Below are positions 1 through 8,700 of a stretch of DNA of 57,224 nt, piece after piece; the first letter of the stretch is position 1, and the number at the start of each line of letters is the position of its first letter. A model generated the notes under the pieces. The model saw only the letters and a list, made by a program, of their open reading frames with translations, did not search any database and was not told where the DNA came from. This DNA comes from an uncultured Pirellulales bacterium (GTDB lineage Bacteria > Planctomycetota > Phycisphaerae > Sedimentisphaerales > Anaerobacaceae): assembly GCA_964492365.1 (NCBI GenBank), contig CAZBKA010000002.1, positions 1,208 through 58,431 on the forward strand, read 5' to 3'. The position numbers and the translations under genes are program-made.

Positions 1-323
1 TTTACAGCGGGCCTATTTATAAAGAGATGGACGTTGAAGATAATAAAATCAGACTTTCGTTTGATTATGATGGCGGACTGGCTGCAAAGGGTGGTGAGCT
101 GAAGCAATTCCAGATTGCTGGTGAAGATAAGAAGTTTGTGGATGCCAAGGCGGTTATTGACGGCAAGAGTGTTGTTGTTTCATCGGATGTGGTTAGTAAG
201 CCTGTTGCGGTGAGGTATTGCTGGAGTAATATTGCTATTGGCAATCTTTATAATGGCGGTGATTTGCCGGCGAGCCCTTTCAGGACGGATGATTGGCCTG
301 GAGTTACGATTAATAATAAATAA
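1..323 (+). CDS. SASA/DUF303-family O-acetylesterase, C-terminal fragment (5' end lies outside the window)
   Basis: Frame 3 is open from the window edge. It reads YSGPIYKEMDVEDNKIRLSF...YCWSN...FRTDDWPG, the same C-terminal beta-sandwich module that occurs twice in the next ORF (YSGPVYREMKIEGDKI...FRTD.W.G). Confidence 0.6.
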   Translation, partial: YSGPIYKEMDVEDNKIRLSFDYDGGLAAKGGELKQFQIAGEDKKFVDAKAVIDGKSVVVSSDVVSKPVAVRYCWSNIAIGNLYNGGDLPASPFRTDDWPGVTINNK

Positions 324-351
324 GACGTTAGGTTAATTGAAGTGTTTTCAA

Positions 352-387
352 GCAGCTGGGAATTAAATATTTCCGGCTGCTTTTTTT
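352..387 (+). terminator. Rho-independent terminator
   Basis: GCAGCTGG (352-359) pairs with CCGGCTGC (373-380), 8 bp including one G-U. A T7 run follows at 381-387. Confidence 0.6.
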
Positions 388-477
388 ATGAACAACTTGC
401 CTGTAGAAATTGTAATGAGTACAATCATGCATTGTTATGGATGACCCTTTTTCTGTTTTTATGGAAGGAAATGTATA

Positions 478-3400
478 ATGAGAAATTTTAAACGTGCTTT
501 TTTGTTCATATCGGTTCTGTTTTCGGGCTTATGCTCGACGGGGTTGGCAGATGTGCGGATGCATAGTTTGTTCTGCGATAATATGGTTATTCAGCGAGAG
601 ATGAAAGTGCCTGTTTGGGGGTGGGCTGATGCGGGTGAGAATGTGGCGGTCAAGGTCAGTTGGAAATGGGGGACGGTTAAGACGGTTGCGGATGCGAATG
701 GTAAGTGGAAGGTTACGGTTGAAACACCAAAGGCGGGCGGGCCTTATGAGATTACGGTGACGGGGAACAATGTTGTCACGATTAAAAATGTTTTGTGCGG
801 GGATGTATGGGTTTGCAGCGGGCAATCGAATATGCAGTTCAATGTCGGCAGTGCTAATAATGCAAAAGAAGAAATTGCTAATTCTAATTACCCTGAGATA
901 AGATTATTGCAAGTTAGCAATGTTGTTGCACAGGAGAGGCAGAGTGATATTAAGACTGGCGGGTGGAAGGTTTGCGGACCTGGGACAGTTGAATGGTTTA
1001 GTGCGATTGGGTATTTCTTTGGACGTGAGATATATAAAGAGGTTGGTGTGCCGGTCGGGTTGATAATGTCCTGCTGTGGAAGCACTCCCGCGGAGGCGTG
1101 GATAAGCAAAGAGACTTTGGAAGCTGATGCGGATTTAAAGGTGATACTTGATAAGGTTGAGGTTGCGTTGGCGAGGTATCCGCAGGCGATGGTGGAATAT
1201 CAGATGTGGATGGAGAAGTGGGAGAAGGCTGCTGCTAAAGCCAAGGCTGAGGGTAAACCTGAGCCTGTCAGACCACAGGAGCCAAGGGGCAGGGATAATG
1301 TCTGCTATCCTACTGGATTGTTTAATGGTTCGATTGCGCCTTTGATGCCTTACGGGATAAAGGGGGCATTGTGGTACCAGGGTGAGGCGAATGCTACGAG
1401 GGCCTATGAGTATAGAAAGCTATTGCCGGCGATGATTAATAGCTGGCGAAAAGAATGGGGGCAAGGTGACTTTGCGTTTTATTTAGTTGAGATAGCGCCA
1501 TTCGGTTACTGGGAGCCTGTGCTTGCGGAGCTTCGGGAGTCACAGAGGATGGTTGCGGATTCGGTTGCGAATTGCGGAATGGCACAGACGATTGATATTG
1601 GTGATGTGCATGATATTCATCCGAAAAACAAACAGGATGCCGGCAAAAGGCTTGCGATGGTTGCGTTGGCGAAGACTTACGGTAAGGGAGATGTTATTTA
1701 TTCGGGGCCTGTATATCGGGAGATGAAAATTGAGGGGGATAAGATTCGTCTTTTCTTCGATCATATTCACGGGGGTCTTGAGTGTAAAGGTGAAGAGCTG
1801 ACTTGTTTTACTATTGCTGGTGCGGATGAAAAATTTGTCGATGCAAAAGCTGAGATAGATGGTGACAGTATACTGGTACATAGTGACAATGTGAAAGAAC
1901 CTGCTGCGGTTCGGTTTGCGTGGGGAGATTTGCTGGTTCCTAATTTGTTTAATAAAGCTGGGCTGCCCTGCAGTTGCTTCAGGACGGATTGCTGGACGGG
2001 GATAACTGAAGGTCGAAAAGGGTTTGTTTATTCGGGGCCTGTATATAGGGAGATGAAAATCGAGGGGGATAAGATAAAGTTGTTTTTTGACTTTGCGGCG
2101 AATGGTCTTGTCAATGCGAGCTGGGAGATCAATCAGTTTGAAATCGCGGGAGAAGATCATCGGTTTTACCCGGCGAATACGCAGTTCGGGCATGACTGGA
2201 TAGTTTGCAGCAGCGAAAAAGTTGCAAAGCCTATAGCGGTCAGGTATGGCTGGGGTGAAAGCGATGTGCAGAATTTGTTGAACAGGGAATGTTTGTTTGC
2301 TGGGCCTTTCAGGACGGACAGATGGGCTGGGAAAGAGGAAGTTAAAGCGAAATTGCAGAGTGAGTTTTTTGAAAAACTTTACAGCAAGACTTATTACAGC
2401 CTGGTCGACAGGATCGAAGATGATGGTTATCTTGAGGAATCTTTGACAGGTGCTTATGACGGGATGTATCCGAGGACGACGGGCGGGGTTGCAACGCTGC
2501 TAATGGAAACGGGAGATTATGAGAATGCCAAGAAGATTTTGAATCTTGATATGCAGGTTGGTAACCAATACAAAATGGAACGGATGCCTCATGTGATCGG
2601 CAAGCACAGGGGCAGGCTGATACGGCCTGTAGCGGATGCGAATAATATTGCACAGGTGAAGACTAATCATGTGGTTCTGCAAATGACGCCTGGCGGATGC
2701 GGCGCGGTTAGTTTTGTTGCGGGCAGTAATAAAGGTATCAAGGCTGTTGAGGCGGCGATCAGATCGAAAAAATCCGATGGCAAATTTGTGCTTAGTATGA
2801 GGGAATCGGCAGACGGAGAAGTGCTCGGCAGGTCAGAATTTTTTGTTACTTCTGATATGCAGGATGAATTGTGGAAGCGTTTTGTATTTACTTCGCCAGT
2901 GAAAGTTGAAGCTGGCAAGAAGTATTACGTAAGAATAGATTTCGAGGGCAAAGGGTCGCCTTGGTGGATGGGTTATAAGAAGCTTTGCGAGAGTGATGGA
3001 TTCAGTGCGAATTTCCTGATAAAATATGAGGGTCAAGAGCCTTTCTGGTTTGCACAGACAAGAGAGGCAGGCGGATTCGCAATTGATACTGGTGATCTGA
3101 AACATGAAGCAGATGAAGAATACTATGTTATAAGCGATTTCGATGAGATTGACGGGCAGGCTCATCCACTTATGGCGTGGGCAAGGCTTGTCAGTAAGAC
3201 AGGTGATAAAGAGTTCGAGGACAAGTGGTATGATTATCTGGCGAAGATAATTGACCGGGCGAGTGACTATCCGTATTTCATGTATGGAAACAATCCGACG
3301 TGGGGATTTGTTGACCTGGTGCTATGCCCTTCTTTTGAACATTCGAGAGAGTATCGTTTCTGGCAATGCTATGATCTTTTGACGCAGAGCTTTAATGGCG

Positions 3401-4011
3401 CGGCGTGGCAGGCGATGGCAGATGTTGCGAGGAGACGTGGTGACACGGAGCACGCAAATAAATGGGAAGATAAATTGAAAATGCTTCGACGCGGCATAGC
3501 TAATAATCTTACCAGAGAGGTTGACGGCAAGAAGGTTTATCTTGAGATGCGACTGCCTGACGGTGGTGCTGGTAAAGCAATGCTTGATATGGGGTGGGTT
3601 AATCTTTCTCCTGTGGCTGCTCAGTGGGAAGCGATGGACAGAGAGATTCTTGTTAATACGGTAGATCTGCTTAGGGCTAAGGCTATGCAAACTCTGGCAG
3701 ACGGGACAAAGTGGCTACCTACGGATTGGTATGAAGACAAGGGGCCTTCGCCTGAGATTATCGGCAAAGGTATCGGCTGGGAGATTGATTTTTGCAGACA
3801 GCACGGGCAGTGGTGGCGAATTATGGAAATACTTGATATGCTGGAAAAGGTTAATACAACTGAGCTTTATATGGAAGGCGCTGGCTATCACGACGGCAAA
3901 CTTATAGTTAAAGACGCTGGTAATGGCGAACAGACATGCTGGTGGAGCTGGGCAATGGCAAGGCTTCGCTCGGATATGGGGCTGGAAGCCAAACCTAAGC
4001 GATGGGATTAA
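478..4011 (+). CDS. Secreted multidomain protein: SASA/DUF303 SGNH-type O-acetylesterase, two tandem C-terminal beta-sandwich modules, and a roughly 560 aa uncharacterised C-terminal domain (possibly alpha/alpha-barrel glycosidase-like)
   Basis: N-terminal signal peptide. The CSGQSNMQ nucleophile block is typical of sialate O-acetylesterase (PF03629)-type esterases. Duplicated YSGPVYREMKIEGDKI...FRTD.W.G modules are present. The Trp-rich helical C-terminal region has no motif I can name. Confidence 0.7.
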   Translation: MRNFKRAFLFISVLFSGLCSTGLADVRMHSLFCDNMVIQREMKVPVWGWADAGENVAVKVSWKWGTVKTVADANGKWKVTVETPKAGGPYEITVTGNNVVTIKNVLCGDVWVCSGQSNMQFNVGSANNAKEEIANSNYPEIRLLQVSNVVAQERQSDIKTGGWKVCGPGTVEWFSAIGYFFGREIYKEVGVPVGLIMSCCGSTPAEAWISKETLEADADLKVILDKVEVALARYPQAMVEYQMWMEKWEKAAAKAKAEGKPEPVRPQEPRGRDNVCYPTGLFNGSIAPLMPYGIKGALWYQGEANATRAYEYRKLLPAMINSWRKEWGQGDFAFYLVEIAPFGYWEPVLAELRESQRMVADSVANCGMAQTIDIGDVHDIHPKNKQDAGKRLAMVALAKTYGKGDVIYSGPVYREMKIEGDKIRLFFDHIHGGLECKGEELTCFTIAGADEKFVDAKAEIDGDSILVHSDNVKEPAAVRFAWGDLLVPNLFNKAGLPCSCFRTDCWTGITEGRKGFVYSGPVYREMKIEGDKIKLFFDFAANGLVNASWEINQFEIAGEDHRFYPANTQFGHDWIVCSSEKVAKPIAVRYGWGESDVQNLLNRECLFAGPFRTDRWAGKEEVKAKLQSEFFEKLYSKTYYSLVDRIEDDGYLEESLTGAYDGMYPRTTGGVATLLMETGDYENAKKILNLDMQVGNQYKMERMPHVIGKHRGRLIRPVADANNIAQVKTNHVVLQMTPGGCGAVSFVAGSNKGIKAVEAAIRSKKSDGKFVLSMRESADGEVLGRSEFFVTSDMQDELWKRFVFTSPVKVEAGKKYYVRIDFEGKGSPWWMGYKKLCESDGFSANFLIKYEGQEPFWFAQTREAGGFAIDTGDLKHEADEEYYVISDFDEIDGQAHPLMAWARLVSKTGDKEFEDKWYDYLAKIIDRASDYPYFMYGNNPTWGFVDLVLCPSFEHSREYRFWQCYDLLTQSFNGAAWQAMADVARRRGDTEHANKWEDKLKMLRRGIANNLTREVDGKKVYLEMRLPDGGAGKAMLDMGWVNLSPVAAQWEAMDREILVNTVDLLRAKAMQTLADGTKWLPTDWYEDKGPSPEIIGKGIGWEIDFCRQHGQWWRIMEILDMLEKVNTTELYMEGAGYHDGKLIVKDAGNGEQTCWWSWAMARLRSDMGLEAKPKRWD
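1697..1745 (+). repeat. Intragenic direct repeat, copy A (47/49 identical to 2027-2075)
   Basis: TTTATTCGGGGCCTGTATAT[C/A]GGGAGATGAAAAT[T/C]GAGGGGGATAAGAT, read directly. It marks the start of each duplicated beta-sandwich module. Confidence 0.9.
2027..2075 (+). repeat. Intragenic direct repeat, copy B
   Basis: See 1697-1745. The surrounding domain DNA is much more diverged. Confidence 0.9.
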
Positions 4012-4074
4012 AATTTGTATTTTTCGCCCTTTTGTGGTATAATTGGATGAACTACATAGCCGGTATTATTCAGG
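4006..4074 (+). repeat. Promoter-like direct repeat, copy 1 (42 bp exact at 4006-4047, then about 27 bp imperfect)
   Basis: GATTAAAATTTGTATTTTTCGCCCTTTTGTGGTATAATTGGA is identical to 5577-5618. It contains TTGTAT, a 17 nt spacer, and TGgTATAAT. It overlaps the stop codon of the esterase gene. Confidence 0.9.
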
Positions 4075-4160
4075 TTATTCTCTGGTGATTGGTGAACTAT
4101 CCTGCAATCCACTAAACCGTTACAAAATCTATGCATTTTTAACAGTTTTACGAAAAAGAT

Positions 4161-5399
4161 TTATTCACCTGGATTTACCTCTGATTTTTTAGTTAATTTT
4201 ATATAAAAAGTGCTTGAATCCTGCGGGAAAGCCTTGGAAACAAAAAACTCTTTTTTGTTCAGGTCCTTTCTGTACGCATCAATTCCATTGAATATATCGA
4301 ACGTGTTTTTTTCAGGTAATTCTGAATATTTATTATCATTACCTTGACGGAAAAGAACTTTAGCATCTAACCAGTCGTAAGGCATTGAAATTTTGTAAGT
4401 GATTGGATACGACAAGCCGTATTTAATTCTTTTGTTTTTGGAAACACTTATCCTAAAGATTTTTTCTGAGTCAGTACTTTTGGTAATTTTTATGGTTGGC
4501 TTCACCCGATCCTGGAGATAGTGGTACATGTAGGCATGGTCAAATCCTACATACCAAACATCATTTCTATTTCCGATATATTCAAGATGAAGGGGAGCTT
4601 TCTCATCGGTACTCCAATCATATTTTCCGGGGTGCATATTTACATGGTATATTCCACCATAATCATATGCATGATTAAATTCACTATTAAGAATATCTAA
4701 ACTGTTTTGGGATGATATGTCGATTGTCAGACCTGACAGGTACATGCCAAATTTATTGTCCCATTTGGCCCAGTTGTATTGATACAAATCGGTACTCCGT
4801 GAAACCAAGTAGTTATTTTTGGTTAAATTTTTAATAATTTTTTCATCAATCGTGCCATACGGTGCCATCCAAGCCACCATATATTCAGAAGATTTAAAAC
4901 AGTTTTGAACAGGCATTGTTAGATTATCAATGATGCTTTGTTTAGACCCAGCTATCTCTTTTTGATAACTCGTTCCATGATCGGTGTAAGTGTAATATTT
5001 CCCGGGGTGCGTCATGCTGTGTGAAATGGGGCAAACAGAACCCTGATTTATCTGATTTTGTATATCGCCCCACTGTTTTTTTGTCAGACCAGGAAATAAT
5101 TTGAACGAACCTCCTGGTAATATTCCAGGAGAAATTACCACATTATTTTTCCGAGCTATTTGGCATGCTGTTATAAATGATTGATGGTAAGATTCATTTC
5201 CACACCAGTCGTCAGCGGTAAAAATTACTACAGCTTTTCTATTGTCATAGTATTGTGTTGTTTCGATAAGTTGTTTGCTGCGTTGGTTATTACGATCTAA
5301 CTGTACAGGGTTTGTCTCTGTTCGGCAACTGGTCAGCAGAATAAATGTGATAGCTGATATTGCAACAACCGGATTGATCACTATTTTTTGTATTTTCAT
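4161..5399 (-). CDS. Polysaccharide deacetylase (CE4/NodB-like) lipoprotein
   Basis: Lipobox LLTSC after the signal peptide. NodB-like motifs FTADDW (Asp-Asp) and HSMTHP (H-S-x-x-H). Sampled lines are about 23-40% GC, versus about 45-57% in the flanking genes. Confidence 0.65.
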   Translation of the reverse strand: MKIQKIVINPVVAISAITFILLTSCRTETNPVQLDRNNQRSKQLIETTQYYDNRKAVVIFTADDWCGNESYHQSFITACQIARKNNVVISPGILPGGSFKLFPGLTKKQWGDIQNQINQGSVCPISHSMTHPGKYYTYTDHGTSYQKEIAGSKQSIIDNLTMPVQNCFKSSEYMVAWMAPYGTIDEKIIKNLTKNNYLVSRSTDLYQYNWAKWDNKFGMYLSGLTIDISSQNSLDILNSEFNHAYDYGGIYHVNMHPGKYDWSTDEKAPLHLEYIGNRNDVWYVGFDHAYMYHYLQDRVKPTIKITKSTDSEKIFRISVSKNKRIKYGLSYPITYKISMPYDWLDAKVLFRQGNDNKYSELPEKNTFDIFNGIDAYRKDLNKKEFFVSKAFPQDSSTFYIKLTKKSEVNPGE

Positions 5400-5576
5400 A
5401 AACTAGAATATAACCCCATCTACTGTTCAACTATCTTGCCCGAGGTCAAGGTTCGGCATAGTATCAAATCTGGCTTAAAAAGTAAAGATTTTTAACTTTG
5501 ATTTAGATAATTTCGAACCTAAGAAGCATTACTTTCATGGCTAGCTAGATTTCTTTTTGATTAATTTGAGAGATGT

Positions 5577-5645
5577 GATTAAAATTTGTATTTTTCGCCC
5601 TTTTGTGGTATAATTGGACAAATTGGCTAGCCTGTGTTATGCAGG
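5577..5645 (+). repeat. Promoter-like direct repeat, copy 2
   Basis: Exact 42 bp match to 4006-4047, followed by an imperfect extension. Confidence 0.9.
5586..5614 (+). promoter_or_regulatory. Putative sigma70-type promoter with extended -10, for the GH5-like gene
   Basis: TTGTAT (5586-5591), 17 nt spacer, TGgTATAAT (-10 at 5609-5614). It lies about 58 nt upstream of the ATG at 5672. Confidence 0.5.
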
Positions 5646-5671
5646 AGATTTTTCAGCAAAAGGGTTAAGCG

Positions 5672-8548
5672 ATGGAAAAGAGTTTGAAATTAGAAGTGTG
5701 TGCATTTTCTGCGATAATTCTTTGTTTATTTCTCACAGTTTGCGGATGGGGTTTCGAGGGAGATATTTCAAGCGACGGGGTTGTTGACTTCGATGATCTA
5801 TCGGTGATGGGAGAAAAATGGTTAGCCGACAGCTGGCTCGAGAATAACTGGGGCGGCTGGGCGGATATTGACCACAGCAACAGTGTTAACCTGAGTGACT
5901 TTTCTATAATGGCTAACAATTGGAACGAGATGATACCGGCTGACAGTAATCTGGTTTTGTGGTGGAGCTTTGACCAGACGGGTGGAAATGCGGTTCTCGA
6001 TAAAAGCGGTCATGGTAATAATGGGACGGTATTCGGCGGGGCTAATTTTGTCGAAGGTGTTGTCGGCAACAGCCTGAATTTTGACGGAATTAACGACTGG
6101 ATAGAAAAGACATATCCGACTGGTTTTCCATGCGAAGCCGATGACAGATGGACGATTAATTTATTTTTGAAAGTTCCGCAAGAACCCAATTCGACACAAT
6201 GGATCGGCGGCTGGGGCAAAGGCGCCTATGGGGGATGGCACAATACGGGGACATCGGAAAGATGGATATTTTACAAAGATATATGGGCATCTGATCCACC
6301 CGTAATGACAACACATTTCTGGACGTATGACAGCGGCTCGATTGAGTGGCCTAAGCAAAGTCTTGATATCGGTGAATGGCAGATGCTTACTGTGACATAT
6401 GACGGGGTAATGCTGCGGGTATACAAAAATGGTTTGCTGATGGCCAAGAATGATAAGACACTGCTAGCAAGTGTTGCGAAGATAGTTTGTCTCGGTAAAA
6501 ATGTAGACTGGTCGGGGCCTGGGAACGCTTTGCTGGGACAGGTGGATGAGTTTATGATATGGGATTATGCGCTTTGTCCGGAAGAAATAGGTTTGCTGCT
6601 GGAGCCTTTCAAGGCAGGCAGATGTGAGCCGTTCGATAAAGAATCCGGGGTTAATTTAAATGTGACTTTGAAGTGGAAAACCGGCGCGGGAGCGAACAGC
6701 CATGATGTTTATTGGGGGACGGATTTCGAGGATGTAAAAAAGGCAACGCAGCGGAGCATTTTTTATAAGGGCAATTTCGGGTTCAGTCATAACTGGTTTA
6801 CGTTAGATAAGCTCAAGGCTGGGCTGATATATTACTGGCGAATCGATGAGGTTTGTCAGGGGTTAAGAATTAAAGGCGATGTCTGGCAATTTGTTACAGC
6901 TATGGCGGATAACAGTTTGGTAGTTTTGCCGGGGAAAACAAATATCGGCAAGTATGATGCGTTGTTTGTTGATTTGCTGACGAGTTATGAATATGAGAAT
7001 CCGTTTAATCCGGATGAAATTAAGATCGATGCGGTTATTAGTACGCCTGACGGAAATAGTCTGACGGTGCCAGGATTTTATTATTCGGGGCAAGAGAGCG
7101 GCAGCAGATGGCAGGTAAGATTTACACCTAGAAAAACGGGGACTTACCAATATTATGTTAAGCTTTATAAGAACGGCAGTGTTGCTGAACAATCAGAAGT
7201 ATTCAGTCTGGATGTCACGGAGTCAGTGGAAGATGGATTTTTGAGGATTAATCCTGATTCTTTGTACACACTTAAATATGACAGCGGTAAGCAATTCAGA
7301 GGGGTTGGTAATAATTTGGCAGGTGAAAGTTTTTCAGGATTTGCGAGCAATGGCAAGCCTTTCAGTTATGATAATTATTTTGAAATGCTTGATGCGAATA
7401 ATTGTAATTTTGTGCGGGTGTGGATGAGTTGCAGTAATAAGCCTATCGAATGGATTGATTGCGGGCTGGGCAGGTATAATCTGGTTAATGCGGAGCGTTG
7501 GGATGAGATAATTGAGCTGGCAGAGATGCATGGACTTTATTTGATGGTAACTCTGGACAGCGGTGAGTCGCTGCATAAGAATCCGAATTACTGGAACTGC
7601 TGCAATGAGTGGACAAACAATCCTTATAATGCTGCTCTTGGCGGTCCTTGCGCGGAGCCTGTGGATTTCTTTACCAATGCGACGGCAAAAGAATTTTATA
7701 AGAAAAGACTTCGTTATATTGTTGCAAGGTGGGGATACAGCCCGAATGTTTGCATGTGGGAGCTTTGGAACGAGCTTAATCAGGCAGTCAGTGAGATGGA
7801 CCCTACTGTTGCTGAGCCTGCGAGTATTGCATGGCATGATGAGATGGCTGGGTACCTGAAATCTATTGACCCATTCGGGCACATTGTGAGTACGAGTACA
7901 AGCAGCGATTATCCTGGTCAGCTTTGGGAGGTGGATGATATTGACCTGACACAGACTCATTATTATTACGAAAGCTCCGCGAATATGTACAGCAGATTAG
8001 AGAGCTTCGGCAAGACTTACGGCAAGCCTCATGTACTGGGAGAATTTGCTTATAGTTGGCATGGGCCTGGTGAGATCGGTTATTATGAAGAGTATAAGCG
8101 TGAGCTGCATCTGGGGCTTTGGCGAGGAATGTTCAGCATGACACCGATATTACCTTTGACGTGGTGGGTTGAGTTTTTCGATGAGCAGGGACAGTTTTAT
8201 AATTTCAGTGTTGTAAGGAATTTCTGCCAAGAGATGCTGACGGGCAATGACGATGTTTTATCTGAAAATAAGATTAATAGTGACGGGCTCGACGGGATGA
8301 GTTTGAAGTCAGGCGGACAAGTATTTTGCTGGTTTTATAATAATACAAAAGGCAGCAACTTTAATGTCACTATCTATGGCCTGAATCTGGATAATTATCG
8401 TTACAGATATTATGACACAACCACGGGCACCTGGTCGGCATGGATATATAAACCTTTGTTAACAGTGCCTTACCTTAATTTGAATCTTTCCCTTGCTGCA
8501 AGTAAGGATATTGCGATACAGGTTCAGATATCGCCGATAGTTAATTAG
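5672..8548 (+). CDS. Secreted clan GH-A (GH5-like) glycoside hydrolase with dockerin-like repeats, a LamG/concanavalin-like domain and a DUF5060-like domain
   Basis: Signal peptide. Dockerin-type Ca-binding repeats (GDISSDGVVDFDDLSVM and ADIDHSNSVNLSDFSIM). LamG_3-like block (LVLWWSFDQ...GHGNNGTV...VDEFMIWDYAL). GH-A acid/base block CMWELWNELN and nucleophile block HVLGEFA. Confidence 0.7.
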   Translation: MEKSLKLEVCAFSAIILCLFLTVCGWGFEGDISSDGVVDFDDLSVMGEKWLADSWLENNWGGWADIDHSNSVNLSDFSIMANNWNEMIPADSNLVLWWSFDQTGGNAVLDKSGHGNNGTVFGGANFVEGVVGNSLNFDGINDWIEKTYPTGFPCEADDRWTINLFLKVPQEPNSTQWIGGWGKGAYGGWHNTGTSERWIFYKDIWASDPPVMTTHFWTYDSGSIEWPKQSLDIGEWQMLTVTYDGVMLRVYKNGLLMAKNDKTLLASVAKIVCLGKNVDWSGPGNALLGQVDEFMIWDYALCPEEIGLLLEPFKAGRCEPFDKESGVNLNVTLKWKTGAGANSHDVYWGTDFEDVKKATQRSIFYKGNFGFSHNWFTLDKLKAGLIYYWRIDEVCQGLRIKGDVWQFVTAMADNSLVVLPGKTNIGKYDALFVDLLTSYEYENPFNPDEIKIDAVISTPDGNSLTVPGFYYSGQESGSRWQVRFTPRKTGTYQYYVKLYKNGSVAEQSEVFSLDVTESVEDGFLRINPDSLYTLKYDSGKQFRGVGNNLAGESFSGFASNGKPFSYDNYFEMLDANNCNFVRVWMSCSNKPIEWIDCGLGRYNLVNAERWDEIIELAEMHGLYLMVTLDSGESLHKNPNYWNCCNEWTNNPYNAALGGPCAEPVDFFTNATAKEFYKKRLRYIVARWGYSPNVCMWELWNELNQAVSEMDPTVAEPASIAWHDEMAGYLKSIDPFGHIVSTSTSSDYPGQLWEVDDIDLTQTHYYYESSANMYSRLESFGKTYGKPHVLGEFAYSWHGPGEIGYYEEYKRELHLGLWRGMFSMTPILPLTWWVEFFDEQGQFYNFSVVRNFCQEMLTGNDDVLSENKINSDGLDGMSLKSGGQVFCWFYNNTKGSNFNVTIYGLNLDNYRYRYYDTTTGTWSAWIYKPLLTVPYLNLNLSLAASKDIAIQVQISPIVN

Positions 8549-8700
8549 CATGTAAATATTTTGCTATTTATTTATCTATACTGATTTTATAGACAGCGCG
8601 GGTTGTGTTTCTAAAAAAAGTCTTGCTTAATTTCTTCTGAAGAAATACTTTGTGTATTCGGTTTTAACAAACTTGTAAAAGTATGTTCAGGAGTATTAAA

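Noticed and set aside
1540-2193. 217 aa ORF on the - strand. Similar long antisense ORFs occur at 7334-7960, 9856-10491, 14885-15385, 17873-18460, 26306-26821, 27145-27618, 50769-51275, 52095-52583 and 52783-53310.
   Set aside because: All lie entirely within, and antisense to, ORFs with clear family motifs. Their translations are low-complexity or Ser/Arg/Ile-rich, with no motifs.
3996-4005. A 10 bp match TAAGCGATGG at the end of the esterase gene and at the start of the GH5-like gene (5666-5675)
   Set aside because: It lies on opposite sides of the 42 bp repeat in the two places, so it is not part of the same duplication. A 10-mer coincidence is plausible.
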